Below, one piece after another: positions 12,661-24,107 of a stretch of 42,862 nt of DNA. Numbering within the stretch: position 1 is the first letter of the stretch; every line of letters starts with the position of its first letter. Below the pieces are notes generated by a model. It saw only the letters and a program-made list of their open reading frames with translations. It ran no database searches and was not told the DNA's origin. Made by a program: the position numbers and the translations under genes. The DNA is from Chiloscyllium plagiosum (taxonomy: Eukaryota): assembly GCF_004010195.1 (NCBI RefSeq), contig NC_057719.1, positions 3,720,152-3,763,013 on the forward strand, given 5' to 3'.

Positions 12661-14272
12661 CTGAGGGACAAATTTTAATCAGAAGGTTTCATTCTTGATA
12701 ACTAGCACACTATAATGGGAAGGAAAAAGGAATGGTTTCGAATCAATTATGACTAAGAACTGGTAGCTTGTGGATATGGCTGACAAAGGCATATTTTATG
12801 GAAGCATTTCATTTTGCACCCATCTAGAAAATTTGCAAGATATACCAACTAAAGGGGAAAATGAACATTTATACTGCATGAGAGGGAAGTTCTCTTTGAT
12901 TGGCAAATGGACCTTACCACAATAGAAATATTGTTCTGGAGAATCTACCAATTAATGATGATTGACATTTAACTACCTGTTTAAATTTTAAAGCATACAG
13001 GTTGACTGTCAATGGTGAGAACATTATCCCTGACAAATATATCATCAAATGGCTGTCACCTATTTTGTTGGGTATAAATATTTGCACCTACATGTTCTTT
13101 CTGTCTGACAAGGATTGATCTGTAATTCAGTGCACGATGCTATAGTACGGAAAAATGCATTCCCTCGTTTTGGACAGGCAGCGAGGACAAATACCTGCCC
13201 AGAATTAAAAAGAGGAAAAGGGGAAAATAAGTGACTTCTAAAATCCCAAACTGGAGAGATAGTGGTAGCAGTGAAGCTGGCATAAGGTTGCAAGTTGTAA
13301 CTGCTTCTGGAAGCACTTGTTTCGATGTGCCCATCAGACATTAGGGCACCTATTCTTTTCAGAGTAGGTATCCCACTTCTAAGACAGGCCAAAAGCAGCG
13401 AATACAACTCAGACTGCACTGGCCAGGACCCGTAACCCTGGAGCATGCCACATGACCCAGGCAAATGGGGTCAGGTTGACTGAGTCCAGTCAGGCACGTC
13501 CCATCAACTGGGCTGGAGGGTTGCGTTGGGTGCAGATGGCTATTTCCACCTAAGTTTTCCATTAACACCTCAGGTTAATTGGCAGTGAAGCAGGAAGCTG
13601 AAAATGTGTTGCTGGAAAAGCGCAGCATCCAAGGAACAGGAGAATCAATGTTTTGGGCATAAGCCCTTCTGGAAGGCAAATCTTGCCCTTTGCTCTGCTG
13701 AGGAATTGGACAGAGTGAAGAAGACTATGGGCACTCCATCACCTGCCTCCTCTATGCCAAGAGAGAGAGTCTAACAGCATTACCAAAAGAACTAGGGCCA
13801 GGAAATAAACAGCTTGCATTATGTACACACTGTCCTTCATACCGTAATGCCCAAAAACATTTTCTAGCATGTTGTGGTGGGAAGACAGGCAACATCAGAG
13901 GCACTGCTCAAGGTAGTATAAAGTGGCAGAACAATAGGTGTTGGCACTTTATTATCAGGGTGGGAACAGAGGGACAAGTTGATCTGAGGGAAAGAGAATA
14001 ACAGAACTGATGAGCTGGAAGCAAGGGATTTTGTAAACGTCCTCAAGCAGAGAAAGAAAATCCAGGGATAATGAGAAAAAATAGAATTGTATTCATAGCT
14101 GAATTGTTTTTCAAAAGACCTATCCCAATGTCCCGCCTGCAATAGTCAATTCTCTAATTCTATCGTATGATTGGATTCCTGGATGGCACACATGAATTAC
14201 TCAGTGAATGCTTTTCATTCTCATTATCCTTAATCAGCCTAAGGACACATCCATGACTAATGTAGCACTTAC

Positions 14273-14395
14273 CAGGACATTGACAGCAGAGTCCAAGTCA
14301 CTCCCATTTTGATCAGGTGCTTGATTCAAGTAGTGATGATGGTTTCCTGCATGTGTTTTTTGTGGTTTCTTGTGTGCTTGTGTTTGCTGTACAAA
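14273..14395 (-). CDS. Probable AGBL3 C-terminal-tail exon
   Basis: 123 nt (114 with an in-frame alternative acceptor at 14386), consensus donor CTG|gtaagt, open in phase 0: FVQQTQAHKKPQKTHAGNHHHYLNQAPDQNGSDLDSAVNVL. Non-repetitive sequence, but no homology recognised. Confidence 0.6.
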
Positions 14396-15369
14396 CTAAA
14401 GATAATATATCAATAAAATCTGCACTCAGGATGTAGGTCATCTCTACATTTCCCAGAGAAGAATGTAAAACACAGTAAGATATTGAAATAAAAAACAGCA
14501 AGTGCTCAAATTAACAAGAATTGGTAACAATTTTTGTCATGACATCAAACATTAACTGGTTTTCTCACCACAGCTGCTGCCTGTCCCGCTGAGAGTTTTT
14601 GTGTATTTTCTGTTTTTGTTTCCAATTTCCATCTCTGTCATATTATACTTTTGTTATAATGTGGAACTTGAATCAGACATAGGTCGGATCAGAAGGATAC
14701 AGTGAACCAACTGGATTTTCAAAGAGAGTTGGCAGCTTGAAATAGCTGGTATCATTGTGGATGTTATTAATTGCAAAAATACCATACCCATTAAAATTAC
14801 AAAATTCAGAAGTTAGAGCAGGAAGTTTATACATATGACACATTTGGTCATAGATTTCAGCTGATTGCTCATGCATATCCATCCTTTGTCTTAGGAATAC
14901 AAGACTGAAGGTTACCCTTTAACAGTTTTTTTAAACTTAATCTTTCATGGGATGTGGGTATTACTGGCTAGAGCAGCATTTATTATCCATCATAAATGCT
15001 ATTTAAAAGGAAGTGTTGAAACCCCTTCTTGAACCACTGTGGTTTCTGTGGGGTAGGGACATCCACAGGATTAGGGAGGAGTCTGACCCAGTGACACTGA
15101 AGGAACAACAATATATTTCCAAGTCAGGATGGTGAGTAACTCAGAGGGGAACCTGCAAGTGGTGGGGTTCTACTATGTCTGCTCCCCTTGTCCTTCTAGA
15201 TGGAAGTGGTCATGGGTTGGGATGAGCTGTCAAAAGAGCCTTGATAATTGTTGTATCTTGAAGATGGCGCACGTTGCTGCTGTTACTAATATTTTCCTTA
15301 ACCATTACAAATCTTTTTCCTTTGTGCCACGTATGACTCCAATCAGCGGAGAGATTTTTAAAATTCCCT

Positions 15370-18010
15370 CATGGGAAGTAGGTGCCCATCATTGCCCATC
15401 TCCGGTTGCCCCTTGAGAAGGTGGGGTTGAGCTGTTTTCTTCTACCAGTGCAGTCCATGTGCTGTGGTAGACCCCCTAAGAAAGGAATTTCAGGGTTTTG
15501 ACCCAGTGACAGTAAAGGAATGGCAGTATATTTCTGAATCAAGATGACTTGATTTGATTTAGTTTATTTATTGTCACGTGTGTTTTGTTACAAAATATTA
15601 GATTAGATTAGGTTACTTACAGGGTGGAAACAGGCCCTTCAGCCCAACAAGTCCACACCGACCCATTGAAGCGCAACCCACCCACACCCATTCCCCTATA
15701 TTTACCCCTTCGCCTAACACTACAGCGGTCATGGGTTTGGAAGGTACTGTCTGAGGATCTTTGGTGAATTTCTGCAGTGCATCTTGTAGATGGTACACCC
15801 TGCTGCTACTGAGCATCAGTGATGGAGGAAGTGCGTGTTTGTGGATGTGGTCCCAAATTGTGGGTTGCTTTGCCCTGGCTGGTGAACAAGCTTCTTCAGT
15901 GTTAATGGAGCTGCACCTATCCAGGCAAGTGGGGAGTATTCCATCCCACTCCTGACTTGTGCCTTGGAGATGGTGGACGGGCTTTGGGGAGTAAGGAGGT
16001 GAGTTACTTGCTGCACGATTCCTAGCCTCAGATCTGATCTTTTGGCCACTGCATTTATGTAGTGAGTTCAGTTGAGTTTCTGGTTAATGATTACCCCCAG
16101 GATATTGATAGCGGGAGAATTCAGTGATGGTAACACCATTGAATGTCAAGATGTGGTGGTTAGATTGTCTCTTATTTGTAATGATCACCGCCTGGCATTT
16201 GTGTGGCGCCAAAGTTACTTGCCACTTGTCAGCCCAAGACTGGATATTGTCCAGATCTTGTTGCATTTGAACATGGACTGTTTCCCTGTCTGAGGAGTTA
16301 TGAATGGTGCTGAACATTGTGTAATCATTAGTGAACATCCCCACGTCTGACTTGATGATGGACAGATGGTAATTGGTGAAGCAGCTCAAGATGGTGGGGC
16401 TGAGGACACTACCCTGAGGAACTCCTGCAGAGATGTCCTAGAACTGAAATGACTGACCTCCAACAACCACAACCATCTTCCTATGTGTCAGGTATGACTC
16501 TAACAAGCAGGGAGTTTGCCCCCTGATTCCTATTGATTCCAGTTTTACTCGGGTTCCTTGATGCTACATTCAGTTGAATATGGTCCTGATGTCAACGGTT
16601 GTCACTCTACCCTCCCCTCTGGAATTCAGCTCTTTTGTCCATGTTTGAATCAAGGCTGTAATGAGGTCAGGAGCTGAGTGACCCTCGTGGAACCCAAACT
16701 GGGTGTCACTGAGCAGGTTATTGCTGAGCAGCTGCTGCTTAATAGCACTGTTGGTGACCCCTTCCATCACTTTACTGATGATCGAGAGTAGACTAAGGGG
16801 GTGGTAATTGATCAAGTTGGATTCTTCCTGATTTGTGTGTGCAGGACATTCCTGAGCAACTATATACTTTGCCGGGAAGATGCCAGTGTATTGGAAGGAC
16901 TTGACTGGAAAGTGGTAAGTTCAGGATCACAAGTCTTCAGTACTATTGCTGGAATGTTGTCAGAGCCCATAGCCTTTGCAATATTCAATGCGTTCAACTG
17001 TTACTTGATATCACGTGGAATTGGCTAAAGACTGGGGATTACTGGAGGAGGCAAGTATAGAACATGCACTCTGCAGCGTTGGTCAAAGATTGCTGCAAAT
17101 GCTTCAGCCTTACCTTTTGCACTGATGTGTTGCGCTCTTCCATGATTGAGGATGGGGATATTTGTGGAGCCTCCTCCTCCAATAAGTTGTTTAATTGTCC
17201 ACCACGATTGATGACTCAATGTGGCAGAACTGTGGAACTTAGCTCTGGTCCATTCATTGTGGGATCGTTTGGTTCTGTCCATCACTTGCTGCTTATCCTT
17301 TTTGGCATGGAAATAGTCCTGTTTGATGGCTTCACCATGCTGATGCCTCATCTTCAGGTACACCTGGTGCTGCTCCTGGCATGCCCTCCTGCACTCTCCA
17401 TTGAACCAGGGTTGATCCTCTGGCTTGATGGTAATGATTGAGTGGGAGATATGCCGGGCCATGAGGTTACAGATTGTGCTGGAGTACAGTTCTGCTGCTG
17501 TTGATGGCCCACTGCACCTCATGAATGCCCAGTCTTGAGTTGTTAGATCTGTGTGAAGTCTGTCCCATTTAACACAGCGACAGTGCCACAGAACTCGATG
17601 GAGGTTATTTTCAATGGGAACTCAGGACTTTGTCTCCACAAGGACTGTGTGGAAGTCAGACTTAACGATATTGTCGTGGTTAGTATCGTCTGTAGCTGGC
17701 AGATTAAGAATGATGAAGTCCAGTATGTTTTTTCCCTCTTGTTGATTCCCTCACCACCTGCCACAGACCCAGTCTAGCAGCTGTGCCCTTTAGGACCTGA
17801 CCAGCTCAATCAGTAGTGCTGCTGCTGAGCCACTCTTAGCGATGAACATTGAAATCCCCTCCCAGAGTACATTTTGTACCCTTGCCACTCTCAGTGCTTC
17901 CTCCAAGTGCTGTTCAACATGGAGGAGTATTGATTCCTGGTAACCAGCAGGAGAGTTCCTTGTTCATGTTTAACCCACAGCCATGAATTCTATGGCTCCA
18001 GGGTCAATGT
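15370..18010 (-). mobile_element. Degenerate non-LTR retrotransposon (CR1-group, second family) with a SINE tail inserted at ~15601-15725
   Basis: DQPWFNGEC, NYHPLSLLSIISKVME, QFGF..GHSAPDL, QGSVL, VGMFTNDYT, DLDNIQSWADKWQV. A related fragment lies at ~21360-21900. Confidence 0.85.
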
Positions 18011-19436
18011 TGTGCTCTCTCAGGGCAACTTTACTTTGCAATTTGAGAGGGAGAAGCTGGAATCAGATGTAACAGTATTACAGCTAAATAAAGGTAACTA
18101 TCGAGGCATGAGGGAGGAGGTGACCAGAATTGACTGGGAGAAGAGCCTAGCAGGAAAGAGAATGGAACAGCAATGGCAGGAGTTTCTGGGAGTGATTCGG
18201 CAGGAACATAAAAATTCATCCTGAGGGAAAAGAAGCATACTAAAGAGAGGACAAGGCAACCATGGCTGACCAGGGAGTCAGAGACAGTATAAAAGCAAAA
18301 GAGAAAGCATATCATACAGCGAAGGGTAATGGGAAGCCAGAGAATTGGGAAGCCCACAAAGATCAACAGAGGACAACTAAATAAGAAATGAGGATGGAGA
18401 AGACTAAGTATGAGGGTAAGCTAACCAGTAATATAAAAGAAGATTAAAGAAACTATTGCAGATATTTGAAAGGCAAAAAAGAGGCAAAAGTGGACCTTGA
18501 GCTGCCAGAAAATGAGGCTGGAGAAGTAGTAATGGGGAACAAAGAAATGGTGGAGGAACTGAATAAGCACTTTGTGTCAGTCTTAATTGTAGAAGACATG
18601 AGTAACATGCCAAAGATTCATGCAAATCAGGGGGCAGAAGTGAGTATAGTGACCATTCCCAAGTCTCAGATGGAAGAAAAACTGAAAGGTCTGAAGGATA
18701 AATCACCTGGACCAGATGGACTACATCCCAGAGTTCTAAAGGACATAGGTATACGTGGTCATCTTTCAGGAATCACTGAAGTCGGGGAGTGTCCAATCAT
18801 TAATGTAACCCTTCTGTTTAAGAAGGGAGTGCAAAAGGCAGGAAATTAGCCTGACCTCAGCCATTGGCAAGGTTTTGGAGTCCATGGTGAAGGATGAGAT
18901 TTCTGAATACTTAGAAGTGTATGGTAAAATAGGGGAAAGTCAGCATGGTTTCATTAAGGGGAGGTCAACAGGTTAGACCAAGGAGAGCCAGTGGATGTTA
19001 TCTACCTGGATGTCAAGAAGGCCTTTGACAAGGTGCCACACAGGAGGCTGCTGAGTAAGATAAGGGCCCATGGTGTTAGAGACAAGGTCCTAGCATGGAT
19101 AGAAGCTTGGCTGTTTGGCAGAAGGCAGAAAGTGGGGATAAAAGAGTCCTTCTCAGGTTGGAAGCTGGTGAGAAGTGGTCTTCCACAAGGGTTGGTGTTG
19201 GGGCCACAACTTTTCACTCTATACATTAATGATCGAGATGAAGGAACTGAGGGAATGCTGGCTAAGTTTGCAGATAATACAAAGATAGGAGGAAGGACAA
19301 GTAGCATTGAGGAGATGGGGAGGCTGCAGAAAGATTTAAGGAGAAAGTGAGGACTGCAGATGCTGGAGATCAGAGCTGAAAATGTGTTGCTGGAAAAGCG
19401 CAGCAGGTCAGGCAGCATCCAAGGAACAGGAGAATC

Positions 19437-19464
19437 GACGTTTCGGGCATAAGCCCTTCTTCAG
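19437..19464 (-). ncRNA. Minimal hammerhead ribozyme motif, intact core
   Basis: Minus strand reads CTGAAGA-A-GGGC-TTAT-GCCC-GAAA-CG-TC. Confidence 0.75.
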
Positions 19465-20469
19465 GAATGAGGAAAGTGTGTCCAGCAGGCTNNNNNNNNN
19501 NNNNNNNNNNNNNNNNNNNNNNNNNNNNNNNNNNNNNNNNNNNNNNNNNNNNNNNNNNNNNNNNNNNNNNNNNNNNNNNNNNNNNNNNNNNNNNNNNNNN
19601 NNNNNNNNNNNNNNNNNNNNNNNNNNNNNNNNNNNNNNNNNNNNNNNNNNNNNNNNNNNNNNNNNNNNNNNNNNNNNNNNNNNNNNNNNNNNNNNNNNNN
19701 NNNNNNNNNNNNNNNNNNNNNNNNNNNNNNNNNNNNNNNNNNNNNNNNNNNNNNNNNNNNNNNNNNNNNNNNNNNNNNNNNNNNNNNNNNNNNNNNNNNN
19801 NNNNNNNNNNNNNNNNNNNNNNNNNNNNNNNNNNNNNNNNNNNNNNNNNNNNNNNNNNNNNNNNNNNNNNNNNNNNNNNNNNNNNNNNNNNNNNNNNNNN
19901 NNNNNNNNNNNNNNNNNNNNNNNNNNNNNNNNNNNNTGCCTGTGGGAGTGGTAGAGTCAGCATCTTTGGTGACCTTTAAGCGGCAATTGGATAGGTACAT
20001 GGATGGGTGCTTAAGCTAGGACAAATGTTCGGCACAACATCGTGGGCCGAAGGGCCTGTTCTGTGCTGTATTGTTCTATGTTCTATGGTCTATGTTAACC
20101 CAACCTCCACTCCCGGCACCTTCCCCTGCAATCGCAAGAAATGCAAAACTTGCGCCCACACCTCCCCCCTTACTTCCCTCCAAGGCCCCAAGGGATTCTT
20201 CCATATCCGCCACAAATTCACCTGCACCTCCACACACATCATCTATTGCATCCGCTGCACCCGATGTGGCCTCCTCTATATTGGAGAGACAGGCCACAAG
20301 GACATTAGTGAACCAGATAGGTTTTTCGACGGTTGGAGGAAGAGCGCCTCATCTTCCGCCTAGGAACCCTCCAACCACAAGGGATGAACTCAGATTTCTC
20401 CAGTTTCCTCAATTCCCCTCCCCCCACCCTACCTTTTATCTTAGCCTGCTGGACAAACTTCCCTCATTC

Positions 20470-20497
20470 CTGAAGAAGGGCTTATGCCCGAAACGTT
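20470..20497 (+). ncRNA. Minimal hammerhead ribozyme motif
   Basis: CTGAAGA-A-GGGC-TTAT-GCCC-GAAA-CG-TT. Confidence 0.7.
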
Positions 20498-22379
20498 GAT
20501 TCTCCTGTTCCTTGGATGCTGCCTGACCTGCAGAAAGATTTAGACAGGTTTGGAGAGTGGGCAAAGAAGTGGCATGTGGAATACGTGTGAGAGTGTAGGA
20601 AGTTTGGTAGAAAGAATAGAGGCATAGATTATTTCCTAAATGGGGAGAAAATTCAGATTTTGGAAGTGCAAAAGGATTTAGGAGTCCTAGTCCAGGATTC
20701 TCTTAAGGTAAACTTGCAGGTTGAGGTGATAGTTAGGAAGACAAATGCAATGTTGGAATTTATTTTAGAATATAAAAGCAGAGATGTCCTTCTGAGGCAT
20801 TATAAGGCTCTGATTAGACCACATAGAGAATGCTGTGAGCAACTTTGGACCCCACACCTCAGGGAGGATGTACTGACCCTGGAGCGGGTCCAGAGGAGGT
20901 TCACCAGAATGGTCCCAGGAATGAAAGGCTTAACATAAGAGGAATGTTTGAGGACTCTGGGACTATATTCAAGGGAGTTTAGAAGGTTGAGGGGAGATCG
21001 AATTGAAGCTCACAGAATACTGAATGGCCTGAATAGATTGAATGTTGGAAAAATGTTTCCATTAGCAGGACTCAATGGCGCAGCCTTAGAGTAAAGAAAA
21101 TACCTTTTAGAATAGAGATAAGGAGAAACTTCTTCAACCAGAGAGTTGTGAATATAAGGAATTCATTGCCACAGAAGGCTGTGGAAGCCACATCATTTAG
21201 TATATTTAAACAGAAATATTTAGGTTCTCGATTGTTAAGGACATCAAAGGGAGAAGGTGGGAGAATGAGGTTGAGAAACTTATCAGCCATGATTGAATGG
21301 TGGAGGAGACTCACTGGGCCAAATGATCTAATTACTGCTGCTATGTCTTATGATCTTAACTCCCTCCTGACTCTAAAGCATTGTATAACCACCTCTGCTA
21401 GGTCTGTCCTGTTGGTGAGAAAGGACATATTCAGGGATGGTGATGGTGGGGTCTGAGACACTGTCTGTAAAATATGATTCCATAAGTGTGACCATGTCAG
21501 GCTGTTGCTTGACTAGTCTGTGAGGGAGCTTCCCAATGTTGGCACTAGCCCCCAGATGTTAGTGAGGAGGACTTTACAGGCTCGACAGGTCTGTTTCAGC
21601 CATTGGCCTTTCCTGTGCCTTGGTCCTTGCCAGGTGGTCTGTCCGGTTTCATTTCTTTGTTGAGACTTTGTAGTGATTGAAACAACTGAATGGCTTACAC
21701 GGCCATTTCAGAGGGCTGTTGAAAGTCACCACATTGCTGTGTGTATTCTCAATGCAAATATGGGACTTTATCTCCACAAGAACTGTGTAGTGGTCGCTTT
21801 TACTGATAATTTCATGGACAGATGCATCTGCAACTGGTATATTGGTAAGGATAAGACTAAGTTAAATGTTCCTTTTTGATGGATTCCTCACCGCCTGATG
21901 CTGTTCATACTATATATCATTCTTCTTCCTCTTAGTAGAGCATCCAACAGCAAGGAGGATATTTGGCCCATCTTGTCTGTGTTAACATTTTGAAAGGATT
22001 AACCAATTGTTTCTATTATCCCTGCTCTTTCCCTATTTTTTCATGTTCACTATGTATCCAATTCCACTTTGATCGATATGACTGAAACTTCTTACACTGC
22101 CCTTTCAGGCAACACATTCCAGATTACAACTGACTTAAAATAATTACTCACTTAAAACACACACAAAAAAAACTTCTCATCTCCTTACGTGTGTTTGTAT
22201 ACAACATGTCTGTGTTACTCTCTCTCTATCACTATCTCTTTGTGTGTGACTGTTTGCTTCTATCTTTTGCTTTTCATTTCTCTTTTACTCTATTCCCCTT
22301 TATATCTCTTCCTTTTTATGTTGGTCCCTCTATCTCTCTGCCTTTGCCTGTATCTCTCTCTCTTTCTAAGAATCCCCAC

Positions 22380-22475
22380 CTGGTATTGCTTTTCAGTATT
22401 CATCACCTTTCGGATTAAGTAGGAATTTTGTCTCTGCTTTTTGGTTTTTAGTTGTTTCTTCCTTTTCGTCACACG
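22380..22475 (-). CDS. AGBL3: AGBL3-like exon (basic patch)
   Basis: 96 nt, phase 0 to 0, acceptor cttttctcttttattttgcag, donor CAG|gtgggg. RVTKRKKQLKTKKQRQNSYLIRKVMNTEKQYQ resembles recalled KKHLKTKKERNS of AGBL3. Confidence 0.85.
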
Positions 22476-22789
22476 CTGCAAAATAAAAGAGAAAAGGGTG
22501 ATAAGGTTTCTTCAAGTACTGTTATCAACATTCTCTCATTATCAAAGCCAGTGCATCTCTCTATAAATACTCACCTTAAATGTGCCCCAATCGAGACCTC
22601 TGAATAACACAAAGGTATTTACAACAATCACACTGTAATGCTACAACAGTTCAGCCAGACACTGTTCTTAGGGCTAAAGATATCATAGAGTATGAGGAGA
22701 AAGTGGGAACAGGGGACGGAGCTGGATGATCAGCCATGATCATACTGAATGGTGGAGAAGGTTCAAAAGGGTGAATGTTCTACTCAAAT

Positions 22790-23087
22790 TGCTCAGAGAG
22801 CAGTTGAGAGTCAACCACATGGCTGTGGGTCTGGAGTCACAAGCAAGCCAGACCAGGTGAGGAGGGCGGATTTCCTTCCACAAGGACATTAATGAGCCAG
22901 ATAGGTTTTTTTCTAACAATCAAATGGCTCCATTATCATCAGTAGATACTTCATTTCAGATTTTTTGAACATTGAATTCAGATTCCCACCATCTGCTGTC
23001 GTGGGATGTGAATCCAGGCCCCCAGAACATTAGCTGAGTTCCTGGTTTAACATGCTTGCAATTATACCACCAGGCCATTGTAACCCC
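22790..23087 (-). mobile_element. tRNA-derived SINE, second family (related copies ~24390-24598, 27660-28050, 34360-34670, 41250-41365, 42590-42700)
   Basis: Recurrent blocks gagtcaaccacat..gtgggtctggagtcac and aaggacattagtgaaccagat, with a tRNA-like head. Confidence 0.7.
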
Positions 23088-23268
23088 GAATGTGTATCCT
23101 GATGTCTATCCTCCAATCTTTGAACTCTGATACCGTGCATTCCTTTTCGTCTGCACCATCAGCGGCAGGACCTTCATCCCCAAATACTGGAACTCTCTCT
23201 AAGACCTTCTGTTCAAGTCGCTCTTTCTTCCCACCTTCCATACCATTTCAACTGTGCCTGAAGCCATC

Positions 23269-23396
23269 CTGAAGAAGGGCTTATGCCCGAAACGTCGATT
23301 CTCCTGTTCCCTGGATGCTGCCTGCCCTGCTGCGCTGTTCCAGCAACACATTTTCAGCTCTGATCTCCAGCATCTGCAGACCTCACTTTCTCCTCT
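23269..23396 (+). mobile_element. Solo PLE pLTR (128 bp) starting at an intact hammerhead core (23269-23296)
   Basis: 11-bp TSD ctgaagccatc (23258-23268, 23397-23407); CTGAAGA-A-GGGC-TTAT-GCCC-GAAA-CG-TC. Confidence 0.88.
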
Positions 23397-23805
23397 CTGA
23401 AGCCATCTCCTCAACTCCTTTGAGTTCTACATGGATGTGACATGGTTGCAACAATTACTTGCAACACCCAACAATTAGGTGACTATGAACCATCATGCAA
23501 ACAGCTTCAAGGATTTCTCGATGGTTCCCAAGAGGTAGGAGGCTTAGGATACAATTCCCAAGCTTCCTGTATCCTTTTGGTGTGTCCTCCTCACACAGAC
23601 GCTAAAAGGCTGAGCATCAGCAAGAGATTTAGTTTGCAACAGCTAACAGATTGGGTTTGTACCCTTTAACGTTGGGAAGAATGACAGTTGATCACATTGA
23701 ACCGTGTAAATCCTGAGGGGAGTTGATAAGGTGAATGTTTCCTCCTGGGAGAACTCCATTTAGAGGACACAGTTGAAGAATAAGACATCTGCTTGTTAAC
23801 AAGGA

Positions 23806-24107
23806 AGTGAGGACTGCAGGTGCTGGAGGTCAGAATCAACAAGTGTGGTGCTGGAAAAGCACAGTGGGTCAGGCAGCATCCGAGGAGTAGGAAGGTCAAT
23901 GTTTCAGGCATAAACCCTTCATCAGGAATGTGTCCTCTAAATGCAGTTCTCCCAGGAGGAAATATCCACCCTATCAACTCCCCTCAGGATCTTACACATT
24001 TCAATGGGATCAACTGTCATTCCTGATGAAGAACTTATGCATGCAATGTCAATTCTCCTGCTCCTTGGATGCTGCCTGACCTGCTGCGCTTTTCCAGCAC
24101 CACTCTC
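23806..24107. mobile_element. Inverted pLTR pair enclosing an inverted copy of flanking DNA
   Basis: pLTR(-) ~23806-23928, spacer 23929-24022, pLTR(+) 24023-24107; TSD-like ttaac(a/t)agga at 23796-23805 and 24108-24117. Confidence 0.8.

Larger units (their letters stand above)
19339..20527. mobile_element. Inverted-pLTR Penelope-like insertion with a GIY-YIG fragment; contains a gap and a CR1 3' end (19937-20096)
   Basis: 15-bp TSD ctgcagaaagattta (19324-19338, 20528-20542); PCNRKKCKTC...FTCTSTHIIYCIRCTRCGLLYIGETG; pLTR on minus at left and on plus at right. Confidence 0.88.
18030..21357 (+). mobile_element. CR1 LINE interrupted by a PLE at 19339-20527
   Basis: KSPGPDGLHPRVLK, YLDVKKAFDKVPH, PQGLVLGPQLF, AKFADNTK; resumes with LQKDLDR after the TSD. 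Confidence 0.93.

Noticed and set aside
19370..20000. Long ORFs of 170-197 aa (also 26162-27254 and 6610-7209)
   Set aside because: Their length comes from runs of N; they are fragments of CR1 or PLE ORFs, not intact genes.
22190..22375. Hydrophobic plus-strand ORFs (22189-22422)
   Set aside because: Translation of CT-rich low-complexity intron sequence overlapping the antisense of a real exon.
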